64,000 bases of DNA from Caecitellus pseudoparvulus (Eukaryota > Protista > Bigyra: Bicosoecida): assembly GCA_965644315.1 (NCBI GenBank), contig CBFFRQ010000053.1, forward strand, positions 372,001 through 436,000, in the 5' to 3' direction. A program made the translations under genes and the position numbers. Below the pieces are notes generated by a model. The model made no database searches. It worked only from the letters and a program-made list of their open reading frames with translations, and had not been told where the DNA came from. Every line of letters begins with the position of its first letter. Position 1 is the first letter of the stretch. Below, in pieces: positions 21,180 to 34,009 of the stretch.

Positions 21180-23788
21180 ATGGAGACATGGACCATTCAA
21201 ACGTTTGCGAGAGTTCGCCCTGTTCTTCACCCAGATCGAAGCACCGAGGCCCCCCGATACTCCTGCCATGGTATGCGGGCGGTGCGAAACGAAGCTGAAA
21301 CGGCCACACATAGTCTGCATTCCCCCGCCCTGGTGCAGGTGATGTGGGGGATGCGACAGGGAAGAAATCTGTTATACGCTTTGCACCACCAGAAGAAGCA
21401 GGCGCCCCTGGCTCAAAAGTATCAGGACGCATCCAGTCGTTCGAGTTTCAAGAGGTGTTTCAGGGAGACCGCAACAGCCAAGAGGCTGTGTACTCCTCAG
21501 TGGCAGCGCCCATCGTGCGCAGTGCCCTGGAAGGGTACAATGGAACCCTATTTGCATACGGCCAGACTGGGAGTGGGAAGACCTTCACTATGACTGGGGG
21601 AGAAAGCTACGGCGAGCGTGGCATTGTCCCCCGAGCTTTGCAAGCTGTGTACGCTCATGCTGACGAGCACCCAGAAGCCGAGCTGCAAGTGGCGATCAGC
21701 TACTTGGAAATCTACAATGAGCAGTGCTTCGACTTGCTGGACACATCCCATACTGGGAAGCCGATTACAGAATGGAAGCCGGTCCGGCTGAGACACGATG
21801 CAAAAGGGCGGCTTGCGATGCTCGGCCTACAGTCGTTCGAGGCACCCACAGAGCAAGATGCATTGAACCTATTGTTCCTGGGCAACATGCACCGCATGAC
21901 AGCCGAGACGCTGATGAACCATGCCTCTTCGCGCTCACACTGCGTGTTTTCAGTGGAGATTCGCAGCAAGCATCCAGCAACCGCTACCTTGCGCTTGTCC
22001 AAGTTGCACATGGTGGACCTCGCTGGGAGTGAGCGAGTGTTCAAGACAGAGTCCATAGCATCTGGTGCGGCAGCTTCAGTGGTTGACACTAGCCGCGCTG
22101 CTTCAAAGGGGAGAGCTAGGTCAGCTTCCCGCCTAGAAATTAGCTCTGCTGGATCGGTCTCCTCACGAGGCGGTCGGAGTGCGTCTTCCTTCGATCGACG
22201 AAGCGCTGCCTCGTCACGGCGCTCAGGGGGGTTTGATGTGAAAAGCTTCAGTTCAAGGGCCGGCTCTGTCACGACCGGGGGGGCACTCACTCGCAAAGAA
22301 GGCCGCTACATCAACTTGTCCTTGCACTATCTTGAGAAGGTGATCATCTCGCTGCAAGGCGCTGGTGCCGCCGGAGGAAGCCAGCGCGCAAGCTCGAGGC
22401 ATATTCCTTATCGTAACTCTGTGTTGACTTCCGTTCTACAAGATAGCTTGGGGGGCAATTGCCGCACTGCCTTCCTTGTCACACTCAACCCTGAGCCAGA
22501 GTTCACAGATGAGAGCGTCGCAACTTGCCGGTTCGCTCAGCGTTGCGGCATGGTAGCGACGACAGTGAAACTGAACACAGAGAGAGACCTTCCTGCTGTG
22601 GTTTCTGCGCTTCGGAAGGAGAACCAGCGCTTGCAAAGCAGAGTGGCACAGCTGGGCGGCTTGCTCGTGTCACTGGGCATCCACCTTCCACCTGCAGACG
22701 AGAAGTCGGACCCGGTGCCCTTTGCTGAGGAGGGAAGTGGCCTCGGCTGCCGTGAAGTAACCAGTGCTGATATCACGAGCGCCCAACAGGCTGTTGGTAG
22801 CTACCTGAGGGCGGGCATCACAGAAGGGCTGGCGGAACGGACAGTAGAGCCCCATGCCCAGACTGCGGGGCCGGCTTGGTACTGGCTTCCTGGGCTGGAC
22901 ATGCCCCAGCTCCAGATTGCAGCCCAGCTCATGCGCAGGGCTGTTATTCACGCTTCAAAGGCAGCTGCAAAAGGGCAAGCAGGAAGCTTGGCTGCTGCTG
23001 ACAGCGCAGGCCCCTCACCCAGACACACCGAGCCGAGGCTTGCACCTGTTCAGCTTCCAACCCCGCCGAGCAACATGGCGGCGGGCTCTCCTGCAGTGGA
23101 CACTCAAACAAGAACAGGATTCGATGAAGTGGAGGCACGCACAGCGGCAGCAGATGTCTCCCTGAGATTGCGGAGGCTTCCTGCTGCACCAGGTGAGCTG
23201 AGTGTGGACACCGCCGCTGGCGAAGCACAAGCCACAGCCGCTTCAGGACTTCAGCAGGCACCTCTCGAGCCTAGTGTGAGCGTAACTGATCCTCATGACA
23301 CCGACACACGTGAGGATATGTTGCGACGGATGCTTTTGAAGGGTGCGATCTTTCTGAAGCTCGGCAAGCACGGCTTGAAGCGCCGCTTTGTCAACGTTAG
23401 CCCAGACATGCAGGTCATCTACTGGCGCCCAGCAAATTCGAGCAAGATGCAAGGAGCTTGTGATGTGCGGGCCCTGCAGGCTGTGGTTCGGGGAAGTGTT
23501 TCGAGCCAAGAATCGCCGAGCGGTGGCGCTGCTCAGCACACAGCATTGAGCCTCTTGACAAAGAATGGAAAAGCCATTTGCCTCCACATGGAGCTGCCAG
23601 CTGGGCTTCGCAGCTTTGAAGACGCGAGCCAAGAGCTGCAAGGCGCACTGGTGCGTGCGCGAGATGTCTGGGTGGCAGCATTCTTGACCCTGCTGCCAGT
23701 GGGAGATAGCCATTTTGCATCCACGCTGGCGTGCGAGGCACCTACGGCACAAGAATATGAAGGCTCTGCTGCAATGCCGCACATGTAG
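21180..23788 (+). CDS. Kinesin-9 (KIF6/KIF9-like) motor with coiled coil and C-terminal PH-like domain
   Basis: Exon 1 IQTFARVRP, intron about 21271-21338, P-loop GQTGSGKT, SYLEIYNE, NHASSRSH, DLAGSER, INLSLHYLEKVI (kinesin-9 type), HIPYRNSVLT; C-terminal LLKGAIFLK...RRFV...IYW...RDVWV resembles a PH domain. Confidence 0.9.
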
Positions 23789-23793
23789 AGTTC

Positions 23794-26700
23794 TTACTTT
23801 GGTGGACAGAACACAGAGTCGTCAAATCCCTCCTCTTCGCCTGCCTCTCCCCCGACCTGGGGGCCCAAGTTGCCCTGCCATGCTCCTGTGGTTCCGCCTT
23901 TGGCACTATGACTGTCCACAAATACGGCAGAGAGCAGCCGAGCGGACAGCTGCTGATCTACGCGCTCAGCACTTGCTGACCCTAGTTGTCGGTCCCTGCT
24001 GCTCATCGAGACAGAGTCGCCCCTTGCAGCCGATGGGATGGAGGGGACGCCATCGCTTTGTCCGTCCGCGGTGGCTTCAACTGCCTCACCTTCGCCAAGA
24101 GAGAATACACTGTCGGGACCTGTTTGAGCAGACACAGCAACCCGCTTCGGAGGAGGGGGGCATGGCGAAGTTGCCGTGCCCCTTGAGGCGGAATGCCCTT
24201 CACCAGCACTGGCGCCAGCTGTGACGGCCCTGTGCCGTAAGTCAGCATGCGCAACTTCGGCGGCTCTTGCTTGCTTCCGCACTTGGTCCCGAGCCGTGCG
24301 CTTGGCTTCTCCGACCTTCAGCGCTAGCCACAAACTTTGCGCTTCTGGGCCAGAGCCCAGGCAAACCTGCCACCGTGCGGCACTGGCAAGCAGGCTAGCT
24401 GAATGAGACAGCAAAGCAGATGCCCAAAGTTGCCCTTCCTTTGGCCGGAAGCTTTGTGAGAAGGAGGCTCTTTCGTGCTGGGAGCAGTCTCCTGAAAGCA
24501 GTCGCAGCAAGCTGTTGAATCTCGTGGTGTGGTCTTCCTGAAAAAGGGTGCGACTGGATCGAATCTGTTGGCACACAGCCCAGCAAGCACGCAGCACGCC
24601 GAAGACGGGCTGTGCCTCGCAGCGATAAGCCAGCTGCTGCCCCACCAAACCATCCACTGCTGCCCGAGTGTCAGGATCGACGTACACAGACTCGCGGAGC
24701 CTCCCGCCGTCAAACTTGTCGTGCACATGCTTGAGAAGCTTTGGAAAACAAAGTTGGTGTCGGAAGCTCCACGCCATCACTCCCTGACGAAGCGCGTCCA
24801 GGCCGACCCCGGCCAAAACAGCGACAATGCGGACAGACATTGGTGCGCTCGCAAAATCGCGCTGGGTAACTAAACGCCTCATTGTCTCCATATTCCTGTC
24901 CCCAGCAGGGCCACTTGGGACATTTGCAGTCGCAAACCACTTGTGGGCTCGACACCCGTGTATGGTATCGGCCAGGGTCGGATCCCCTGGCAATGCGGCA
25001 GGCAACGTATCGTCAAAGTCTGGATCCTCGTCGCTTTCCCCCTCCCCCACGGACTGCCAGTCTTCGTGTTGCATGTGGTAGGGCGCGCTGCCACTGCTTG
25101 CGGCATCAGTGTATGTGCCAGTGGCTGTGCCCTGGGCCTCTCCCCCCTCTCGGGAGTCTTCGCGTAGGACAACGCCGTTGCAGCGATGATGAGCTAGCTC
25201 CCGCAAAAAGCCTTCATCCGCTACAATGGCAGCAGCGCATGCAGCTTCAAACGGGGTCGGTACGACGAGAGCGCGGGCGTCTCGAAGCACGTTCTCTGGG
25301 CTGCTCTGATGTGCACTAAATGCAGCTGCATACCCTGAAGGTTGCCCGAAGTAGCCCCCTGAGCTTCTTGCTTGAAATGCGGTTGATGTGCTACGATTGA
25401 AGCCACTCTCCTTTGTCACACTCTGTGCACGGTCGCTCGGTCCTTTCCGGCGTGGTTGGGACAGGTGCTGGAAAGCAAGCGAGCTGCTCCCCAAACGCCG
25501 AACAGTCCTTAGCGGGACTGCCGCTTTGCCACGACTTGCTTGAAGGGCCGCTTGGGGGTAATGATCCCATTGAAGATGTAATGGGCTCTCTGGCTCCAGG
25601 TGTCCGTCCTCACGCACAGCTACGCAGCATTGCAGTGACTGCAACATGACCTCATCAGCGAGCGGCAAGGGTTCTACACTTGCAGCACTGAGGCCTGCAG
25701 CAGCGACACCGTCCACGAACACCTCACGGAGCAAGGTCCGTATTGAATCACTGTGCGGGTGCCAAGTGCTTTGGGGCGCTTCCTCCAGCGGCTTGGCAGC
25801 TCCAATGTGGTGAGGGACAGCCTCCTCCGCTGCCCCAGCCTCGCTGAGCACTGTCTCAGCATCTGCCTCATCCTCAGAGCCCATCCCTTCCCCGCGAAAA
25901 TGGCGAAGCATGCTGTCCATGTCCTCCCAGCCGCTCAGGTGGAAGGCAGCGGGCTTCGATGAGGAAACAAGCCTTCTCAGGGAGGGACTCCGTTGGCAAG
26001 CGCGCAGCAGCAGCCCAGGTGTGATAGTTCGGATGTACCCCGGAAGTGGGGGAAGATCAAACACCAGGTCATGGGCGACACACTTACCAGCGTACGTGTC
26101 CTCTGCTGCCTGCTGCTGCGCGGATGGAATCCCGATGGTTGGCTTCCAATGCCGAAGCAAGCGGTTCACGCTGCCAACCGCCGTGTGTGAAGAAGCCGCA
26201 TGCGATTGGCATGCTTCCTGTGCCCCGGCAGATTCATCGCAAGGCAATGGCGTCGACATGCCTTTCGGGCGAAGTGCCGGGTCAAGTCCACACTGCGACA
26301 CATGCTCCCATCGCGTTCTATGCGCCGGAGCCATGCGATCACTCACAGCCGCCCAAGCTGGGGTACTGCACAGTAAATCGCGCACGAACTGCTGCCCCCC
26401 GCTTGAATCACGCCCTGACTCTTGCATGCGGGGCAGGTGCACTTCTCGGTACCAGCGCCTGGCTGGGTCCTCTCGAAACATCAGGTGCCGGCGGAGCCAC
26501 AAGAGGTCACCCGGCGTCAACCCAAGCACGGTCAACGCAAACACCGTCCACATCCGCCGAGTGCATGCAATTTCAACATGAAACTCAAGCGGTTGTGGCC
26601 CCCAGACCATGAGAAAGGATGGATCCGGAGTGGGAAGGGGAAGTGCTGAGCCGCCCACCTCCAGAAGCGGGGCGAGAGCAGACTTCTGAGCGCGTTTCCG

Positions 26701-28688
26701 CACCGAATTTAGCTGAACCTGCAAGGCCCGCAGACGCTTGCTCTCCTTGGACACTGAAGGGCTGACTACTTGAGCAAATAGCTCTGCTGCCTGCAGACTT
26801 CGGGCTTGGCTGCGATACACGTCACTGGCTGCAGCTGCCTTGTCCACAGTCGCAGTTCGAAGCCTCAAGGCAGCGTCCAGTTCTCTGTTTGTGATGTGCA
26901 CCTCTTCTCCATCAGTGAGACTGAAGTCAACTGAGCGGAAGAGGTTGTCTTGTGCCGCTTCACTGATTTCAAGAGGGTTTGGCTTGACGTCAAGCATGAA
27001 CTGCCGCCCCAGGCAATGGCGGGCGTGGAATAAGCGTGCCCGAACTTGTTCATGGGCGGCAGCAGAGACAGTTGGGCCAAGACTCTGGTGTCCCTGAGAA
27101 ATATACCCCAGCATCTTCCGCGCAGGGGCTAGTCGTAGTGTCCTTTGCACCTGTTCGAACGCTTGCTGCGTCGCGGCCTGCTTGGCCCGCCAGCGCTGCT
27201 GCTGAGCCTGCAGGCGCTGCGAAGCAGCCTGGCATGCCATGGCTTCGCTCTGGCGTGCGCGTGCAGCATCAAGCTTTGTCTGGGTTTGAGCTTTCAGCCA
27301 CTCAAGCTGCTGGGTTAAGGCACCGACAGTTTCAGACCGTCTGCGGTGGCTCAAAGCCTCCGCCAGGTTTGAAACAACTGCCAGCTCCTGCTGCATCCAC
27401 AGGGGCTCCTGCACCACATTGAATCCATCAATGAGATGCTGTCGGTACTCAGCAGATGAGTCCACGATGGACTTCTCGCTCTCGAAAAGGTGTGCTTGAA
27501 GCACGTCGCCGGGCAAGAGATCTCGGGATGCAAAGAACACCAACAGGGGCACTTGCAAATACACAGCCGTCCGCCGCGGCCGCCCTCCGCTCGATTTTCT
27601 TCCAGAAACCGTAACTAAGACTTGAGCCATGTGAACGTTTGAAGTGGTGCGGACTGTTCCCGGTGCAGGGCCGACGAATTCGCACTGCGAGACTCCACTC
27701 AGCCCATTGCTGAACGTCAAGCCGTTCAAAACTACCTGCGATGAACTGCTCGAGGGACATGGCATCCACGAATACTCGCACAAGAGTGGGTAGTCAGTGG
27801 CAAGAAGGGCGGGCAGCAGGCTCCCTGCCTGGGGATCAACAGCTGCAAGCGAATCCACATGCTCTGCTGCAGCGTGCAGCAAGCCAGCCATCGGCGGCCA
27901 CAACACCGAACCTGCCTCAACATGGCTACACGCTTTCGAAGCTCGCACAGAGATACTTCTCGGGTCGATCACGGTCCTTGTAGCCGTTCCCTGCCGGCCT
28001 TTCTGGGATGCTGCCGTGACTGCCTCACGCAAATATCGAAGCCGCGGCACCTGGGCGCTGCTTTGCTGGGCACCAGCAGCGCCTACTTCACCAATGGTGA
28101 CATTCTGATGACCGAACGCTGAAGGCAACTCGCTAAATAGTGCTTCTTTCATGTAGTCTCTGACTTCCCTTCGAGCTTGGGCGAAGACTCCTTCTGAGTC
28201 ATCCCTCTCCACCTCTCTCTCAACCACCGCGCACACGGCCTCATCGCGACCTGAGCAATGAACAAGCCGCAAGACTGTGCAGGCTGGTTTGTCGAGCATG
28301 CTATATTGCACTCACTGGGAAATGGGTCGAACGCAACATCAATGCTCCAAGTCTGCACGCCGTGCAGCCCTTGGATCAGCTGGCGGAGGTGAACCAACGA
28401 AGTGAACCGCGCAGCACCTCTCAAGCGCTTCAGTGCCTCCAATGTGCCGGCGGGTGCATGCTGACACATGAATCCATCGAGTTCTGGTGAGAAGGCGATC
28501 CCCAGCGGGAATCCAGGGCGGCCGTACCCCCACAAAGGAATGTCAGTGTCGACACGGCACTCAACTCCATCCAGAGCGCCCGCACCTTGTCCTTCTGGGC
28601 CGAGAAACAAACGGCCTCGAGCAAGCACTCGATGCGGGGGGCAATCATCCCCCTTGGAGGCGGCAGGCGGAAGCTCCTGGGCAGACAT
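23794..28688 (-). CDS. Large uncharacterised protein (about 1,600 aa) with a degenerate SET-like region and a coiled coil
   Basis: ORF 28149..28688 joins ORF 23794..28311 through a 41-nt gtgagt...cacag intron (28315-28275). LLCEYS and FFASRDLLPGDVL resemble SET-domain motifs; a Q/A-rich coiled coil follows. Confidence 0.65.
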
Positions 28689-28939
28689 GTCAGTACCTCA
28701 TCCACCAAGGCGGCCGGGAGGTGTGTGGCGCAGCACTGAAACGCAGGTGAAACTGCATTCAACACCAGGCTGCCGGACCAAGGTTGCAATACCTTGCAGC
28801 TGGGCCCTGCAATATGATGTGGGTGCAAACTCTGCCCCAAAAAATCTCAATAGCAGAACCAAGTGTGCAGAATCGGCATGTCTGTTTTGCGCGCCACAGG
28901 GCGCATGACCCTCGAGGCAGCTGCTCTGCACCACTTTGC

Positions 28940-31258
28940 CTAGTCCAACATGGAAAACTTCACATCTGACTCCGCATCTTGATGACCAGTGGCAGTCGTT
29001 CGCACGACTACTTTCTCGTACTGGGCGATGGCGCCTGCCGGATCTGCCGCACAGGCCTTGGCTGCATCTTGCCCGATGGAGCCAGCAAAAGCACCCTCCG
29101 CGCTCGATTCAAAGAAGCGCTCCATGAAGGCTACAAATACAGCGCAGTAATACTGGTGAAGAACACGCAAGACAGACCCTGCCTTGTTTATGAGGGTGTT
29201 CAAGCGCTCTGCCCGCAAGGCCTGCAGAGCGTACAAGGTCATGTTCAGAGACTGAACTGCAAATGGGTACCACTGCGGATGACCCTCTGCCAAGAGCAAG
29301 CGCTTCGTCACGAACTGCGAACCGCAAGGCAGTGGGCATCTCACGCGTGATCGCAACAGTGCAGGGGGTCTGTACTCACATGCTGGTGCTCCTGCGCAAA
29401 CATGAGCATCTGCAGCGGCCCGAGCATGCCAACGCCTCTCAAGTCAGTGACAAAGTCATCATTCTGGAACCCCACCACCGTCCATGTCGGCGACGCCAAG
29501 TGTGATCCAGTCAATGCTCGATACAGCGTGTGCATCATGCGAATCTGCGGAGGCGGGGCACCCTGCAGTGGCAGCACGCAAGCAGAAGTATTGTCGCTTC
29601 ACCCCGCCATCTCACATGTGTCTGATCACCTGCATCATACTGAACTTTGGCGATTCCAAAAACAGCAAGGCGCTCAGGCTTCAACTCTGCCTTCAGTCCG
29701 GTCCTCGTCAGCGAAGCCCACCAGCCACGACCTTGCGCTGGCTTCACAACGACTGACGCAGCATACCTCCCGGCCTGCTCAGAAGACATCAGGTACCTTG
29801 CCGCTTCTCCATGTCGAATCGCCGTGTACTGGCTGGTTGCCACAGAAGTCGTCGCCGCAGCCTTTGCCAGAACTGCCGCCGTCCCAGCTTCAAACTGCTG
29901 CGCCGCAAGCAGCAACTGCTGCTCCTCAGTGAGAGGCACCGTTGACGTGGAAGTGTCCAGGGGCTGCTCCTCCGAATGGGCTTCCTGTGCATCCGAGAGT
30001 TGCTTCGGGGGAGGGGGGTCATGTTGCTGCCCGCCTGCGCCAGCACCTGCTGCGGCGTGCTGCTCAGCAGAACCGGACGCGGTTGGCACTTGGGTTGAAC
30101 TTGATTCCACCCGGTCTGCAGCGCACGGGGGAGGCGCTATGGCACCACTTGCGTGGCCGACTGCCAAACTCTCGGCATGCTCTACACCTTCCTCTTGCTC
30201 GCCCTCCTCTCCTGACTCCTCGTCTTCTTCATCTGCCTCAGCAATGGCCTCACCAACTGTCTGCTTGGAGGCATGAACTGAGAGGCCCCCCTCCAACACG
30301 CGCTTCTCAAGGGCAACGAGTTCGCTCTGCTCAGCCTCGCGGGCGGCAGCAGCAAGGCCTGCTTGCACAGCAGCAAGAGCTTCGGATGGCGCGCTAGTGG
30401 GTGGGGAGCTAGCGCTCGGGGGTACACCTGATACCTGGACTCCTCCCGCGCCGGGCAGGCTGGAGCCTCCAGTCTCGTGGGGACTGACAGCTGGCACAGT
30501 AGGGCACGCCTTGGCTGCAGCAAGGCGCTGCAAGAATTCCCGCGCTTGATCGTCACCTGCATCAGATGGGGTCACATCAAATGAAAAGTCGCCGTCTTCT
30601 GAGTCTGACTCGCTCCCTGCAGCCATGCTGCCCACTACACGAACCTTCTCCGCAAGGCTCGCCGGCTGGGAAAGCTCAGCTTCGAAGACATCAGCTGCAG
30701 ATGTGAGAAGGGTCCCTTCCGGGCCTTCCTCGCCCGGTACGACTTCTGGTTCGTAGGCGACACCAAAGGCATCTGCGCTTGGCTGCGCAGGGGAATCCTG
30801 GCCCTCGCCAGGCTCCATTTCCTGCACGAAGCCCTGCAACGCCGAGCCAGAGGCGGCAACATCGGGCTTCGCTGACCTTGCCTCCTCTCTATCCTCTACT
30901 ACGACAGCTTCGCCAGTCACGCTTTGCCCGATGGTCGTGGACAAGACGGCGCCGTGCTCATCAAACACTTCTAGGACTTCGTCCTCAGACGCCTGACCTT
31001 CCGTTGAGAGAGCACCTCCCTGGTTTTTGGCTGACTCCTTTCCAGCTGACTCTGTGAGCTCTTGCTCAATGACACTCCCTGCGAAGTGGTGTTGCCTCAG
31101 TGGCGGCTGCTGCTGGCGTTACGCAGTGGCGTTTCGTGCGCTACGCACCAAGTACCGCCGCAAGGGGATTCGTTTCTGGGAATGGGTAGCAACAGACATT
31201 GCGACTAGATCCTTCCACTGACGTGCTTCTCAATGCGCAGCGAATCCTCACCTGCCAT
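28940..31258 (-). CDS. ELMO-domain (ELMOD, Arf/Arl GAP-like) protein with a long acidic disordered N-terminus; multi-exon
   Basis: WTVVGFQNDDFVTDLRGVGMLG and YPFAVQSLNMT are ELMO/CED-12 signature motifs. The 5' exons can be reconstructed as ATGGCAG|gtgagg...cag|AAACG (MAETNPLAAVLG), followed by another GT-AG intron into ORF 29535..30968. Confidence 0.85.
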
Positions 31259-31444
31259 TCTTGCCGGGCTCTGGCAGGCCCAGTGCAGGGTTCGCGCAAC
31301 AAGGCAGCTCGTAAAAAATAAAAGGCTCCCCCAGCACGTGTACGGCGCCCAAATAGAAAATGTAGGCCCGCTGCCCCAGAGTTATTTGTGGACTTTCTAG
31401 TGTGCTGCCCATAGTGTGCTGGAGCGACACCAATTTCCGCAGCA

Positions 31445-32432
31445 ATGGGCGTCTTGTCTGGCCTGGCAAAGGTTGCTGTCGGCTCGGCAGCGGTCATGTA
31501 CTTCATTGGTGAGAGCGCTGACTGTGACAGCGACTGCTTTGCTCGGGGCACTGGGCTGCCGTTCGCCTCTTCCACAGGCCGGGAAGGAGCCAAGACCGGC
31601 GCCCGCTTTGCGGGAGGAGTGGTCGGCCAGACCATCGCCGGCATGCGGCGGAGCCGAGGGGAAATGCAGGCCAAGCTTACGCAAGATGAGACCCCCGAGC
31701 AGCTAGCTGTGTGTTTTTTCTGTGTGAGGCGCAGATCCCTGGAGCGTAGACCACCTGATTGCCCTCTCCTCGCAGGCTGCAAGGCGCATGCAGAAAGGCT
31801 GGTGGGAAGTGCGCATGATCATGAACGAATTTTCAATGCTGAGGAGCTTCAACCCCCGCCTACTGCAGGCTGGCAACTTTGGCTTCACAGATGAGGAAAT
31901 GCTCGCTGCAATTGGGCGTCGCCCGTCGGATTTCGACGAGTCTGAAGCCAGTCGGGTTGCCCACATAGAACGCCAGCTCGACATGGAGCGGCAACAACTG
32001 GAGAACCCTCGCATGTGGCCAGTTGCAGGTCATCATGGCAGTGAAAATGACGCCGCTGCATACATGGCCGCCACATCGTCCCCCGCGTTGGCCGGGCGAG
32101 GTCCTGGTGATGACCCCCTTCGCAAGCAGCCTGCACCTTCTGCGGCTGAAACTGCCCCTGGAGTTGTAGAGGTGACTGCATCAGACGGGACAAGAAGCTT
32201 TCGGGCAGGTGTCACGAGGCAGTTGAGTTCAATGGAGAGTGAGCTGCATTCCATGCACCGCAGCGAGGCGCCAGTGGCCGCCTCTGTGACGAGCCTTGAG
32301 CGGGCACCCCAGCCTGTGCAAAGCAGCTTGGACGAGAGGGCGGCTTTGTCAAGTGCGATGATGGAGACCTTTCAAGACTTGCGCATCCTTCAACGCATGG
32401 CAGCGGAGCAGCAGGCGCAGGGTGAGCGGTAG
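31445..32432 (+). CDS. Single-TM protein, candidate TatB-like (twin-arginine translocase) subunit; 3 exons
   Basis: Introns 31509-31577 and 31709-31775 give MGVLSGLAKVAVGSAAVMYFIG-REGAKTGARFAGGVVGQTIAGMRRSRGEMQ...: N-terminal TM, Gly hinge, amphipathic helix AR.AG..VG. The gene model is solid; the TatB identity is inference. Confidence 0.5.
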
Positions 32433-32440
32433 AGATGGGC

Positions 32441-33698
32441 CTACTCTGCATCCACGATGCCATGCTCGGAGATGGCGAAGGTTGCATCAGCTTCAGGGCA
32501 GTTGGGGCTGTCGTATACCTTGCTGTGGTGGGGGAAAGGAAGGCGTGGGGTGAGGTTGCCTCCACTCGCTCAGCGCAGCCTTACCAGATGCGCTGCTCCC
32601 CTTTGCCTTTCCGAAAGTACAGGCGGGTGGTGGACGCGTGAGCGATGATGTGGCCGCCAACAGGCTTCTTTGGGTCCGCTCCGACGAATACCGAGCCCCC
32701 TGGATCTGCAGTAACCTGGTTTACGATGAGGATGGCGACGTTGAACTCTTCTGCGATCTTCTTCAGGGCTGCGAGGTGCTTGTTGAGTTTCTGTTGCCGC
32801 TCAGCCAGCTCACCCCGCCCACTGTAGTCCACCCTGAACAAAGCCATGACGCTGTCCAGGATGACTAAGCGAGTGGGCTCCTCATCATCTGCGATGAGGG
32901 CGGCGATATGCTCCACGATGGCCATCTGTGCCTCGTGGGTGTGCACACGTGCGTAGGCGATGTTGTCCAGAACCGCAGTTGGGTCAAGTCCAAAGCGCTT
33001 CTCTGCGATCTGAGCCACCCGCTCGACCCTGAAGCTGCCCTCGGTGTCCACGACAATGACCTTTCCTGCCCCCCCGCCCATGTCACGGCCAAGTTGGCAC
33101 GTCACTGCAAGGGTGTGTCCGAGCTGCGTCTTGCCCGTGCGGAACTCGCCAAACACCTCTGTGATTGCCTGAGTCTCAATCCCCCCCCCAATGATAGTGT
33201 CCAGTTCTTTGGAGCCTGTGGTGATCCGGATGACACTCTGCCGAGCAGCGAGCGTGTCGTTTCCGCTCTTGAAGCGCGCGGCGCTGCCTTGGAGCTTCCT
33301 GGCTGCCTCGCACACCTTCTCCACTTTGGCCTCTGAGAAGCCCTTGATCTCCAACAAAGACTTGGAGGGAGTCATAAGTACCTGCCCAACAGTGTGCAGC
33401 CCTGCATCTTTGCACTTCTTGATGTCAGCCGCGTTGATCCCAAAGTCCTGCGCATGCATGAAACGCTGCGTGGTGCGCAGGTTGTGCGTCTGTGCCACCC
33501 CATGTTGGCCGTACCTGGAGGCGCTCAATCGGGTCAAATTCAGCCAATTCTTCGTCGTGCTTTGGTTCTTGTGCGGAATCCGCCGCCTCGGTCGCCTTAT
33601 CGGCCGCCTGCACGCTGTGCGTGCCATGTGAGCAGTGTGGCAACGCAGGATGCAGCTTGCGTCACCGTGGCAGGGACTCACCTAGCAGCCGCCGCCAT
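32441..33698 (-). CDS. DMC1: Meiotic recombinase DMC1 (4 exons)
   Basis: Walker [44 protein letters not shown] and [18 protein letters not shown] match DMC1 rather than RAD51 (ELSARQMHL..FLR). The last exon encodes [26 protein letters not shown]. Confidence 0.92.
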
Positions 33699-34009
33699 GT
33701 CGCTCACTCGCAGCTTTCACGGTGGTTGAGTGGATACAAACTGAATTGGTTCTGCCTGAGCAGCAGTTCTGGTGCACGGTGGAGTTGGATTGTGGCGAGC
33801 ATGCACGGGAAGCTCGCCAGGCTCCGCTGCAGCAGCAGGGGCATCGCGTCGAGGCAGCGGCGCAGGCCTCCACATTACCAATGCCAAACAACTCTGTGAG
33901 AGATGCAGAGTCACGTGCATGGTTTCCCCCGCAGAGCTTGCGCTCACTGGCTCATTGCCACCACGCTTCCTTGTCCACTGACGGCTTTCCCTTCACCCGG
34001 CCTCCAGTC

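Noticed and set aside
32441-33698. RAD51 or bacterial recA
   Set aside because: Diagnostic residues match DMC1, and the gene has spliceosomal introns.
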